Sequence record: NC_018855.1 | Reading direction: 5' to 3' (one strand) | DNA: 64,000 nt | From: Escherichia phage HX01 | Part shown: positions 55,721 to 64,000 of the stretch, in pieces | Numbering within the stretch: the first letter of the stretch is position 1 | Layout of the letters: every line of letters begins with the position of its first letter | Program-made: the position numbers and the translations under genes | Notes under the pieces: model-generated | Told to the model about the DNA's origin: nothing | Database searches by the model: none | What the model saw: only the letters and a program-made list of their open reading frames with translations

Positions 55721-56371
55721 ATGATTTATTATATGCACAAAAATGCGCCATTTAAATATGGTAAATTTCCTAATGCACAATGTTATAATATAACGCCGAA
55801 CGAAAATAATAACGGATATCATATTGGTGTAATTTTTGTAATTGTTAAAGATAACGAAATCGTTGCCTGGGCAGATTTTAAAGGTACAACATATGATGTT
55901 AATCCTGTGCCTTTCACATATTACAATATAATGGATTTGGCATATGATTATAATTGGTTTAATCATGACACGTTGGCTCATATTGAAGGTGTAGGATTTG
56001 ACATCTCTTATTCTAGCTATTCATTATGTCCTATGAGCCGAGCTCACGGTAAAGATGCCTCATATTTTTCATTTCGGAAACGTGTAAACTTCAAACGTAG
56101 TACAGAGTATGTTGGTGGACTCTTTGTTAAAGATAATAAAATAACCCGTATTAGTTATCCTCTAAGTGTAGGTCAAAAAGATGTTGATGTTGATTTAGAC
56201 TTAACCGAAAATAACATTAATCATATTGCTTCTGTATATTTTGATATCGATGAAAAAATTGTAGTGTGTGGATACGAATTACCACCTGAAGAAAAGGCTG
56301 AAGCAATTGAAGTCGAATTAGAAATTTCTGTTGACGACCAAATATTTAATGCATTTATGAATCGAGGTTAA
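55721..56371 (+). CDS. hypothetical protein
   Basis: ORF track 55712..56371; ATG 55721. Confidence 0.55.
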   Translation: MIYYMHKNAPFKYGKFPNAQCYNITPNENNNGYHIGVIFVIVKDNEIVAWADFKGTTYDVNPVPFTYYNIMDLAYDYNWFNHDTLAHIEGVGFDISYSSYSLCPMSRAHGKDASYFSFRKRVNFKRSTEYVGGLFVKDNKITRISYPLSVGQKDVDVDLDLTENNINHIASVYFDIDEKIVVCGYELPPEEKAEAIEVELEISVDDQIFNAFMNRG

Positions 56372-56372
56372 A

Positions 56373-56570
56373 ATGACTACTGCAATTTGCACTGGTTCTA
56401 AAATTAGTGTTTTTACAAGTTTTGAAGATTATGAAGTTGTTTCAAAACACCAATACCATATTAGCGTAAAAGCTAATGATGGTGTAATTTGGAATATTCC
56501 ACAGTATGAAGGCACTACATATGAAGTCACAGATATAAATGGTGACAAAGCAATCTTTGTAATTGATTAA
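56373..56570 (+). CDS. hypothetical protein
   Basis: 65 aa. Confidence 0.5.
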   Translation: MTTAICTGSKISVFTSFEDYEVVSKHQYHISVKANDGVIWNIPQYEGTTYEVTDINGDKAIFVID

Positions 56571-56589
56571 ATATACTCAGGAGGTACCT

Positions 56590-57057
56590 ATGGGTATTAT
56601 TAACACTGCAATAGATTCTGTTTATGCATATAAGTTTATTCGACTAATGCAAAAACCTTTTACCGAATGGAAAGCGTACGAAGCCAAAATCATCGATGAA
56701 CGTGGAAGTGTTCTTAAACGTCCTTCTACTCCTGAAGAGAAAGCGGCTTATACACCTTTTCATGCTTCAGTTCGTTCAATGAAGCGAATGATGAGCACTG
56801 TTCCCGGTCTTAATGGAATGGCCTCAATGATGTCTGCCTGGAGTGCTGTAGCTTCACGCTATAACATTACGGAAGAACAACAGAAAGAAATATTTAAAGA
56901 ACTCCCTTTATTTGAGGATATGGTTGCTGGTGATTCAGGCGGCAGTCCTCAAGCTATTGCATCAGGAACAACTACAGGTGCAGTCGTAAATAAAGGTCCA
57001 GAACAAATTCCTTCCAAGAAAAGAAAGCGAATTAAAGTAAATATTAATAAGTTGTGA
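56590..57057 (+). CDS. hypothetical protein
   Basis: ATG 56590 after SD AGGAGG. Confidence 0.55.
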   Translation: MGIINTAIDSVYAYKFIRLMQKPFTEWKAYEAKIIDERGSVLKRPSTPEEKAAYTPFHASVRSMKRMMSTVPGLNGMASMMSAWSAVASRYNITEEQQKEIFKELPLFEDMVAGDSGGSPQAIASGTTTGAVVNKGPEQIPSKKRKRIKVNINKL

Positions 57058-57096
57058 TATGATGGCCTTATTAATTTAAGGCCTCTGGAGAATACT

Positions 57097-58119
57097 ATGG
57101 CTGAATGGATAGATAATGAATTTGCTTATCGTGCGTTTTCTCACCTCCCTCGTTTTAGACAAATCAATAATTCAAGCACATTTAAATTAACATTTCGTTG
57201 TCCAGTTTGTGGCGACTCCCAGACAGATGCAATGAAAGCTCGCGGATGGTATTATGGCGGTACTCCTGGTAATGTACATTGCTATAACTGCCAATACCAC
57301 AATACAATTTCCGGATACTTAAAAGAGTATGATGAAGAGCTTTACCGCGAATATCTAATGGAAGTTCGTAAAGAAAAAGCTAGAATGGAACCAAAGATTG
57401 AAAAGGTTCCTGAACATAAACCAGAACCGGAGAAAAAGACTATAAATTCTTTGCCGTCTTGTTCTCGTCTGGACAAGCTGCCTGAAGAGCATCCTATTGT
57501 GAAATATGTTAAGTCTCGATGCATTCCTAAAGAATCATGGAACAGATTATGGTTCACATTAGAATGGCCCAAATTGGTCAACAAGATTCAACCCGGTACG
57601 TATAAGAAAGAGATTCCGGAACCACGTTTAGTGATTCCTATTTTTAATAAAGACGGGAAGGCTGAATCATTCCAAGGGCGTGCACTTCGTAAAGATGCTC
57701 CTCAGAAATATATCACTATTAAAGCGTTTGAGTCTGCAACAAAAATTTATGGTGTTGAACGTGTTAAGGAAGGAGACGTCTGGGTAATGGAAGGCCCTAT
57801 TGATAGTTTATTCATACCCAACGCAATCGCTATTACAGGCGGCTCAATAGATTTAGATGTGGTACCATTTAAAGAACGTCGGGTATGGGTAATGGATAAT
57901 GAACCTAGGCATCCGGATACTATAGCTCGCATGAAGCGATTAGTTGATGCAGGCGAACGTGTCATGTTCTGGGACCGAGCTCCGTGGAGATCAAAGGATG
58001 TGAATGATATGGTAATGAAAGAAAATGCAACACCACAAGAAATTTTAGAATATATGAAACAGAATATTTCAAGTGGGTTGCATGCTAAAATGAGATTATC
58101 TCGTTATTCGAAGATTTAA
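57097..58119 (+). CDS. 61: DNA primase gp61
   Basis: Zinc ribbon CPVCGDS...CYNCQYH and TOPRIM region; 340 aa. Confidence 0.93.
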   Translation: MAEWIDNEFAYRAFSHLPRFRQINNSSTFKLTFRCPVCGDSQTDAMKARGWYYGGTPGNVHCYNCQYHNTISGYLKEYDEELYREYLMEVRKEKARMEPKIEKVPEHKPEPEKKTINSLPSCSRLDKLPEEHPIVKYVKSRCIPKESWNRLWFTLEWPKLVNKIQPGTYKKEIPEPRLVIPIFNKDGKAESFQGRALRKDAPQKYITIKAFESATKIYGVERVKEGDVWVMEGPIDSLFIPNAIAITGGSIDLDVVPFKERRVWVMDNEPRHPDTIARMKRLVDAGERVMFWDRAPWRSKDVNDMVMKENATPQEILEYMKQNISSGLHAKMRLSRYSKI

Positions 58120-58313
58120 ACAAGCCCTATAATAGCAAAGGCCAAATCAACTACAGTATCCAATGGAACAGAAGGAACTATAATACCATGGGCAACTAAC
58201 AATGGTGCAATCCCGAAGTTCCATGAAATAATGCCACCTACAACTATTGCAGCGATAGCAGTTTTCTTTTTATTGCCTTTAATAGCGTTGATTAACGATG
58301 GAAGTTTAAACAT
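58116..58313 (-). CDS. small two-TM membrane peptide on the opposite strand
   Basis: Minus-strand ATG at 58313 preceded by SD AAGGAG with 6-nt spacer; hydrophobic with GG motif; overlaps primase stop by 4 nt. Confidence 0.6.
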   Translation of the reverse strand: MFKLPSLINAIKGNKKKTAIAAIVVGGIISWNFGIAPLLVAHGIIVPSVPLDTVVDLAFAIIGLV

Positions 58314-58403
58314 AATATCTCCTTAGTTACCTTATTATTTATTACGCTTTATAAAATTAATGTTAGAATTAACTTCTCTTATACTGAATTGAAAGGAAAA
58401 ATA

Positions 58404-58925
58404 ATGGCACACTTTAACGAATGTTCACAACTTATTTCTGGTGTTGATAAAGCAGAAGAAGCTTATTTTAATGCTCTGATTCACGAAGATAAAGACCCAC
58501 TGCAGGTAATGCTTGATATGCAGAAATCTTTACAGGTTCGTCTGGCAAATGACAAGCCTGAACATAACAAACATCCTGATGAATTAGCCACTGCTGGCGA
58601 TGTTGTTGATTGGCTGCGTAATCAGAAAGATTATATTGATGATGAATTCCGTGAACTGCTGACTTCACTTGGTGGTATGAGCAATGGTGAAAAAGCCGCT
58701 AGCTCTGTATGGAAGCCGTGGAAGGCACAACATGCTGAATATCGAAATCGTCGTATCGATGAACTGTCTCCTGAAGACCAGCTTGAAATTAAATTCGAGA
58801 TGATTGATATCCTCCACTTTGTTCTGAATATGTTCCAAGGTCTGGGTCTTTCCGCTGAAGAAATCTTTAAACTGTATTACCTGAAAAACCAACACAACTT
58901 TGAACGCCAGGATAATGGTTACTGA
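58404..58925 (+). CDS. 56: dCTPase/dUTPase gp56 (MazG-like)
   Basis: MAHFNECSQLISGVDKAEEAYFNAL...; position after primase as in T4. Confidence 0.85.
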   Translation: MAHFNECSQLISGVDKAEEAYFNALIHEDKDPLQVMLDMQKSLQVRLANDKPEHNKHPDELATAGDVVDWLRNQKDYIDDEFRELLTSLGGMSNGEKAASSVWKPWKAQHAEYRNRRIDELSPEDQLEIKFEMIDILHFVLNMFQGLGLSAEEIFKLYYLKNQHNFERQDNGY

Positions 58926-58970
58926 TTAAGTTATAAATACACCTGTAATTAAACAACAAAGGAGTTAATT

Positions 58971-59207
58971 ATGGGTGGTTACGTTAATATTAAAACCTTT
59001 ACACGTCCGGCTGGTGAAGGCAAAGAAGTTAAAGGTATGGAAGTTTCTGTACCGTTTGAGATTTATTCAAACGAACATCGGATTGCGGATTCTCATTACC
59101 AAATCTTTCCATCAGAAAAGGCAGCATATTCTACTGTAGTTTCTGATGCAGCTGATTGGAAAACTAAGAACGCTGCAATGTTTACCCCTACACCAGTAAG
59201 CGGTTAA
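58971..59207 (+). CDS. soc: small outer capsid protein Soc
   Basis: GYVNIKTF...YQIFPSEKAAYSTV matches T4 Soc. Confidence 0.9.
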   Translation: MGGYVNIKTFTRPAGEGKEVKGMEVSVPFEIYSNEHRIADSHYQIFPSEKAAYSTVVSDAADWKTKNAAMFTPTPVSG

Positions 59208-59215
59208 ATAATTTA

Positions 59216-59242
59216 AGGAATCCTTCGGGATTCCTTTTTTTG
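59216..59242 (+). terminator. rho-independent terminator
   Basis: AGGAATCC-TTCG-GGATTCCT then TTTTTTT. Confidence 0.8.
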
Positions 59243-59250
59243 TTTCTACA

Positions 59251-59285
59251 GTTTACATCCACTAAAAACTGTGTTAAGATATTCT
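59251..59285 (+). promoter_or_regulatory. early promoter
   Basis: GTTTAC 59251-59256. Confidence 0.5.
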
Positions 59286-59308
59286 TACTTACTCAAGAGG
59301 AGAACAAT

Positions 59309-59536
59309 ATGTTAAATCGCTGGATTAAACCTAATAACACATTAGGTGCTTTGATTGCTCAAGAAGTTTCGTTGAAATATGGTCTTGGATATTATGATGA
59401 TGTAGTCGTACACTCATTCATGATGGATGGTGAAGACATCAAATTTAATGCCGAAATTCGTTGGGACGATGGTGGTGTTCGTTTTGTTCGAGGAACAATT
59501 AATGCTTACAATGCTGAAGAAGTTGTTTGCTGTTAA
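59309..59536 (+). CDS. hypothetical protein
   Basis: ATG 59309 after SD GAGGAG. Confidence 0.55.
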   Translation: MLNRWIKPNNTLGALIAQEVSLKYGLGYYDDVVVHSFMMDGEDIKFNAEIRWDDGGVRFVRGTINAYNAEEVVCC

Positions 59537-59549
59537 ACCAGGCGAAGGT

Positions 59550-59750
59550 ATGATGCCTATTCCTGATACACACGAAAAAAGTTGGGAATATATCGGCGAC
59601 GGAATGATGGAAGAAGTTGTTCGTCCAAAAACAAAACAGGTTAATGCTTCAAGCTCTTCAAGTTATAATCATTCATACGTATCGTCTTGGCCTGGCGATT
59701 CTGGGTCAAGTTATTCTGATTGTGGTTCAAGCTCAGGGAGCTGTGAATGA
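59550..59750 (+). CDS. hypothetical Ser-rich protein
   Basis: ORF track 59427..59750; ATG 59550 after SD GAAGG. Confidence 0.45.
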   Translation: MMPIPDTHEKSWEYIGDGMMEEVVRPKTKQVNASSSSSYNHSYVSSWPGDSGSSYSDCGSSSGSCE

Positions 59751-59926
59751 ACAAAATAGTAAAATGGTTTAAAAGCTGGAATGATGGAGTCGAACCAGAA
59801 GATTGGTTGGATGTTCTTGAAGAGAATATGGCTAAAGAATTCCAGAAACACGAAGAGAAGCTCGTCGAAGATGAAGGCGAACGTATCGTAAAACTTTATA
59901 TGGGTGAACCATCGAGGAAATTATAA
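59747..59926 (+). CDS. hypothetical protein (59 aa)
   Basis: ATGA-coupled start, TAATG-coupled stop; read manually. Confidence 0.4.
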   Translation: MNKIVKWFKSWNDGVEPEDWLDVLEENMAKEFQKHEEKLVEDEGERIVKLYMGEPSRKL

Positions 59927-60390
59927 TGGATGCTATGTTATTTAAAATGTATTTGCTTGAAGCCAAGTCGTTTAAACATATACCAGTAGAAGATAAGACT
60001 CCACTAGAAATAGCTATTCTCATTAACAAAAGTCTAAATAATCCGCAATATATCGTAGAAGAATTCTGCAAATTGCAGATTCCTAAAGGTTACAAAATTC
60101 GTGTAGAGCGAGTTGGAGCTATTACTCGTTCTAAAAATTCTCCGTTTAGTCTTGAAGAAGGCATAAAGGATTTAGGTTATGAATCTACTGAAAATGCAGT
60201 TTATGTGAATCCTGAAAAGCGTTTAGACCTGTTTGAAAAGCGAGACCATAAGTACTTTGCCAAAAAATACTTTATTACATCATTAGCAGATTTAATCCAT
60301 TTGCAGCGAGCTATTTGGAAATTTTTTAAGACAAAAGGTGTAGCACTAGAAACATTCTCTGAACCGGCTAGTTTTTATCTTGGTGAATAA
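59926..60390 (+). CDS. hypothetical protein (T4 mrh position)
   Basis: 154 aa. Confidence 0.55.
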   Translation: MDAMLFKMYLLEAKSFKHIPVEDKTPLEIAILINKSLNNPQYIVEEFCKLQIPKGYKIRVERVGAITRSKNSPFSLEEGIKDLGYESTENAVYVNPEKRLDLFEKRDHKYFAKKYFITSLADLIHLQRAIWKFFKTKGVALETFSEPASFYLGE

Positions 60391-60391
60391 T

Positions 60392-60571
60392 ATGGACCTT
60401 ATGAGTATGTTTGACGAGCCTGAAGTTGAGGCTCCTAAAGTGCATCGTAGTGAACTTGTTGATGAACTAGATAGTATTATACAACGACACGGCTTTAGTT
60501 TACCTGTTGAAGCCCTGAAAGACCTTGCATCTTATTATGACGACCCTCCACCATGGAGTCCTTGGAAATGA
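60392..60571 (+). CDS. hypothetical protein
   Basis: ATG 60392. Confidence 0.45.
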   Translation: MDLMSMFDEPEVEAPKVHRSELVDELDSIIQRHGFSLPVEALKDLASYYDDPPPWSPWK

Positions 60572-60732
60572 AAGAGAAATTGAAAGAGAAATTCTTACTA
60601 GAAATCAAGGAAAAAGACTTTGAGACATGGTATCGAATGGTGAAAGGGTTGACATTGCTTTTTAAAGCATCCTTATTCATGTTAGAACAACCTGGTCCTG
60701 ATGGACCTTTAGTAGGAAAGCTTAAAAAATAG
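60568..60732 (+). CDS. hypothetical protein (54 aa)
   Basis: ATGA-coupled; read manually. Confidence 0.4.
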   Translation: MKEKLKEKFLLEIKEKDFETWYRMVKGLTLLFKASLFMLEQPGPDGPLVGKLKK

Positions 60733-60760
60733 TTTACATTCCCTCCTCTCGTGTTATGAT
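60732..60760 (+). promoter_or_regulatory. early promoter
   Basis: GTTTAC 60732-60737, TATGAT -10. Confidence 0.5.
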
Positions 60761-60787
60761 AGGCTTATCTTTAAATGGAGGTCTATC

Positions 60788-61369
60788 ATGACATGTCAAT
60801 CTGAACTTCAAGAACGTGAATACCTAACAAATCTGATTGATAGCAAATTCACCCACCAAGAACAAAACATTCTCTGGGCTTGCACCGATTCTAAGGAAGA
60901 CCCGGATTTCCACTATGAATTAGACCATCTTGTTCGTAAGCATATGACTTCTACAGTACCAGTAGAACTCTACCGTGGTGTAACTCCAGAAGAAGTAGAA
61001 CGTCTTTCCCTTCTTTCTGTTGGATGCCATTGGTCTCCTGGACGAGTAACATCGTTCACAACTGATTTCAGTACAGCTCGTCAATTCTCTGGGAGATGGG
61101 AATATCAGACGTACACTATTCTTAGTCTCAGGAATGCTCCATTCATTTTTGATTACTACCAAAACATGGTTAATATTGTACTCGCCGGAAAGAACCCTAA
61201 GCATGTTATGGAAGAAACACGTGTTGATGTCCTAGATATGATTGAATCTGAACAAGAGTACATGGTTTCAAGTATCTCTAGATTTGAGATTGTGGAAATC
61301 GAAGAGTTAGAGTATGACCCTTTGTCTCGAGTATACAAAATCATTCACTTAAAGATGTTGAATTTTTAG
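60788..61369 (+). CDS. modA: ADP-ribosyltransferase (ModA/ModB family), copy 1
   Basis: R-S-E type motifs: LYRG, SFTTDFSTA, ESEQEY; position before srd/dda. Confidence 0.7.
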   Translation: MTCQSELQEREYLTNLIDSKFTHQEQNILWACTDSKEDPDFHYELDHLVRKHMTSTVPVELYRGVTPEEVERLSLLSVGCHWSPGRVTSFTTDFSTARQFSGRWEYQTYTILSLRNAPFIFDYYQNMVNIVLAGKNPKHVMEETRVDVLDMIESEQEYMVSSISRFEIVEIEELEYDPLSRVYKIIHLKMLNF

Positions 61370-61400
61370 TTTACAACCACCACAGACGGTGTTATGATTA
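61369..61400 (+). promoter_or_regulatory. early promoter
   Basis: GTTTAC 61369-61374. Confidence 0.5.
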
Positions 61401-61428
61401 CTTTATCGAAACGTGAGGAGAAACCTAA

Positions 61429-62037
61429 ATGTTTATGCCGTATAACGAGTGTGAAATTGAAGAAATGGTTCGTCGTGCTCAAAACCCCGAATATCAAGAT
61501 GTATTGCAGTACGAAATTGATAGTCAATTCAGCGACATTGAACAAAGTGTACTGTGGCAGTGTATGGAAAACAAGCCAGACTGTATTCAACAGGAGTTAA
61601 GTTCAATCGTTCGTAGAAATTGGACGTCTTCTGTTCCTGAGACAATGTATCGTGGAATCTCTAAGAAAACTATGGCCACACTCGATGATAAAGGTATTGG
61701 TAGTATTATTAAATTTGACAGAGTAATGAGCTTCAGCCCAGTGTTCGGTGTAGCACGTAACTTTGCTTCGTATAATTTTTACGGAACATTTAATATGTTC
61801 TGCATCAAAGATGCACCATTTGCTTTCAACTTCCGTGAACATATGCTTAACATGATTCTGGCTGCGCCATCTTGTGAGTTCAATGGAGCTTTCCCTGAAG
61901 CGACAAGACGGTCTAATGCTAGACTTATATCTGACGAATGTGAATTTATGCTCCCTATAGGGACTACACTGCGTGTAGATTCTATTATTCAGGATGGACG
62001 TTATACAATCTGGAATCTGTCTATTGTCAGTTACTGA
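61429..62037 (+). CDS. modB: ADP-ribosyltransferase (ModA/ModB family), copy 2
   Basis: MYRG, SFSPVFGVA, SDECEF; paralog of the preceding gene. Confidence 0.7.
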   Translation: MFMPYNECEIEEMVRRAQNPEYQDVLQYEIDSQFSDIEQSVLWQCMENKPDCIQQELSSIVRRNWTSSVPETMYRGISKKTMATLDDKGIGSIIKFDRVMSFSPVFGVARNFASYNFYGTFNMFCIKDAPFAFNFREHMLNMILAAPSCEFNGAFPEATRRSNARLISDECEFMLPIGTTLRVDSIIQDGRYTIWNLSIVSY

Positions 62038-62190
62038 CTGAATTGGAATAACCGGATGGAACTCAGAACCATTATAACACATAAAAAATTAAAGCATTTT
62101 ATGAAAAAAGAGTGTACACTACCTGAGGGCATGATATTATAAGCTTATCAGCTAAATGACCTTAACGTCCGTAAGACAGAGGAAAATATT

Positions 62191-62937
62191 ATGTTATCAA
62201 ATAATAAAATTAACAAAATTAATCGTCGTCTTGACCACACCAGAGCTTCTGCGAAGAGACGCTCTAAGGATTTTAACTTAGACTTTAATTACCTTAAAAA
62301 CATTCTTGATCAAAAGGTCTGCGCTTACTCAGGTGAATCTTTCAATAACTCTGTTGAAGGTGAGAAATTATCCTTAGAACGTTTTAATAATGATATCGGC
62401 TACATTAAAGGTAATGTTATCCCAGTTAAGAAAAAATATAACACGGCTCGTTCTGATTTAACATTAGAAGAACTTATTGAGAAACGTGATGCCATTGCAA
62501 GACGTATCGCTAATCCTTCTGTTCGTAAAGTAGAGAAACTTAATCTCGACGAGAAGAAATGGGCCCAAATTAAAAAGGTTTATGGTACTATTTTAAAAAT
62601 CCGAGCAAAACGTGAAAATCGTGTTAAGCATATGGCGAACATGATGAAAAATCAACCTTTATCTAACGAATCTAAACTTAGAATTGTTGCTTTGAAAGCA
62701 CGCATTAACGGCTCACATCAAGCAGAAGGCCATGAACTTACTAAACTCAACGTTCTTCTTAAAGGCTCTGACTGGAAAACTAAAACTAAATTAACTGACG
62801 CTGAATCGCTTTTCGATACATATGATAAAGTTATCCAAGGTCTGCAACGTTTTGAAAAGATTGGTTTCATTGGTAAATTAAAATTGAAACGTGGCTTACC
62901 ACTTAGCGCATCATTATTCCAACTGGTTAAAGGTTAA
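62191..62937 (+). CDS. srd: Srd-like protein (by position and size)
   Basis: 248 aa upstream of dda; contains LSLERFNNDIGYIKGNV, possibly HNH-like; unverified. Confidence 0.5.
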   Translation: MLSNNKINKINRRLDHTRASAKRRSKDFNLDFNYLKNILDQKVCAYSGESFNNSVEGEKLSLERFNNDIGYIKGNVIPVKKKYNTARSDLTLEELIEKRDAIARRIANPSVRKVEKLNLDEKKWAQIKKVYGTILKIRAKRENRVKHMANMMKNQPLSNESKLRIVALKARINGSHQAEGHELTKLNVLLKGSDWKTKTKLTDAESLFDTYDKVIQGLQRFEKIGFIGKLKLKRGLPLSASLFQLVKG

Positions 62938-62939
62938 TT

Positions 62940-63251
62940 ATGGTTTATGTATATGCAATAGTTTATCGAGATATGGAAGGATTTACTGTCCCGGTTCCAC
63001 TTGATGAGCATCGTCCTGCGGTATTTTTTAGAAAGGATATTGCAGATAAAGTTTTCGATACTTTGAAAACACAGTATAAAACAGATTTAAAAATGGGAGT
63101 TCTAAGAATGGTCGAAACTCCGCGTAAGTTCTGGTTTAATAAGCTTGAAATGAAACACGTTAAACTAGATGCGGAGACGCAAAGATTGTATCAACGAATC
63201 CTGGACACAGGCCGTATTGTTAGTATTCCAATTGCAGGGACTTTACGATGA
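62940..63251 (+). CDS. hypothetical protein
   Basis: 103 aa. Confidence 0.55.
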   Translation: MVYVYAIVYRDMEGFTVPVPLDEHRPAVFFRKDIADKVFDTLKTQYKTDLKMGVLRMVETPRKFWFNKLEMKHVKLDAETQRLYQRILDTGRIVSIPIAGTLR

Positions 63252-64000
63252 CATTTGATGATTTGACTGAAGGCCAGAAAAACGCCTTCAACGTTGTTAT
63301 GGAAGCTATTAAAGAAAAGAAACATCATGTAACTATTAATGGACCTGCTGGTACAGGTAAAACAACCCTTACTAGATTCATCGTTGAAGCCCTTATTTCT
63401 TCTGGAGAATCAGGTATTATTTTAGCAGCCCCTACACATGCTGCTAAAAAGGTTCTAAGCAAACTTGCAGGTCAAGAAGCATCGACTATTCATAGCATTC
63501 TTAAAATCAACCCAACTACATACGAAGAAAACGTATTGTTTGAACAGAAAAAGGTTCCCGACTTAGCCTTGTGTCGTGTACTGTTATTTGATGAAGCGTC
63601 AATGTGCGACCGTTCTCTGTTTAAAATAATGTTAGCTAGTATCCCTAAATGGTGCACAGTAATTGGAATCGGCGACCGATGTCAAATTCGACCGGTAGAC
63701 CCAGGCGAATCAACTGCGTATCTAAGTCCTTTCTTCACTCACAAAGACTTCGTGCAATGCAACCTTACAGAAGTTAAACGTAGTAATGCACCAATTATTG
63801 ATGTTGCGACTGATATTCGTAATGGCAAATGGATTTACGATAAAGTAGTTGATGGACACGGTGTTCATGGATATACAGACCTTAAATCGTATATGATGAA
63901 CTATTTTAACGTCGTTAAAACTCCTGAAGACCTTTTCGAAAATCGAATGATGGCATTCACAAATAAGTCGGTGGACAAGTTAAATTCAATTATTCGCCGA
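63248..64000 (+). CDS. dda: Dda DNA helicase (SF1), 3' end beyond window
   Basis: MTFDDLTEGQKNAFNVVMEAIKEKKHHVTINGPAGTGKTT matches T4 Dda; no stop before window end. Confidence 0.93.
   Translation, partial: MTFDDLTEGQKNAFNVVMEAIKEKKHHVTINGPAGTGKTTLTRFIVEALISSGESGIILAAPTHAAKKVLSKLAGQEASTIHSILKINPTTYEENVLFEQKKVPDLALCRVLLFDEASMCDRSLFKIMLASIPKWCTVIGIGDRCQIRPVDPGESTAYLSPFFTHKDFVQCNLTEVKRSNAPIIDVATDIRNGKWIYDKVVDGHGVHGYTDLKSYMMNYFNVVKTPEDLFENRMMAFTNKSVDKLNSIIRR

Overview
This window is a contiguous early/middle-gene segment of a T4-like (Tevenvirinae) phage genome, almost entirely coded on the + strand and AT-rich by inspection. Recognisable T4 homologues appear in T4 transcription order: two tRNAs, nudE, e (lysozyme), denV, regB, tk, rI, nrdC, 49, nrdD, nrdG, nrdH, 55, 47, 46, 45, 44, 62, regA, 43, uvsX, 41, dmd, sp, 61, 56, soc, modA/modB and dda (3' truncated). 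The gene 43 product starts MKEFYLTVEQIGDSIFERYIDSNGRERTREVEY and is 903 aa, which matches my memory of the RB69 DNA polymerase, so this is probably RB69 or a close relative (from memory only, not a search). The most notable region is 43817-50327, between gene 43 and uvsX, where T4 carries imm, 42 and beta-gt. Here it holds an apparent de novo nucleotide-sugar pathway (SIS sugar-phosphate isomerase, sugar-nucleotidyltransferase/kinase fusion, HAD phosphatase), a U32-family Cys-motif protein, a divergent thymidylate-synthase-fold hydroxymethylase, a candidate glycosyltransferase and a P-loop kinase. No alpha-gt is present between genes 55 and 47. Together this points to a non-glucose hydroxymethylcytosine hypermodification, plausibly arabinosylation. 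The rest is hyperplastic accessory DNA with many small ORFs, repeated GTTTAC-type early promoters (several embedded in inverted repeats that cover the downstream ribosome-binding site), paralogous small-protein families, a frameshifted internal-protein gene, a denV remnant and one convincing minus-strand membrane-peptide gene. All coordinates and motifs were read by eye; no searches or structure predictions were run.
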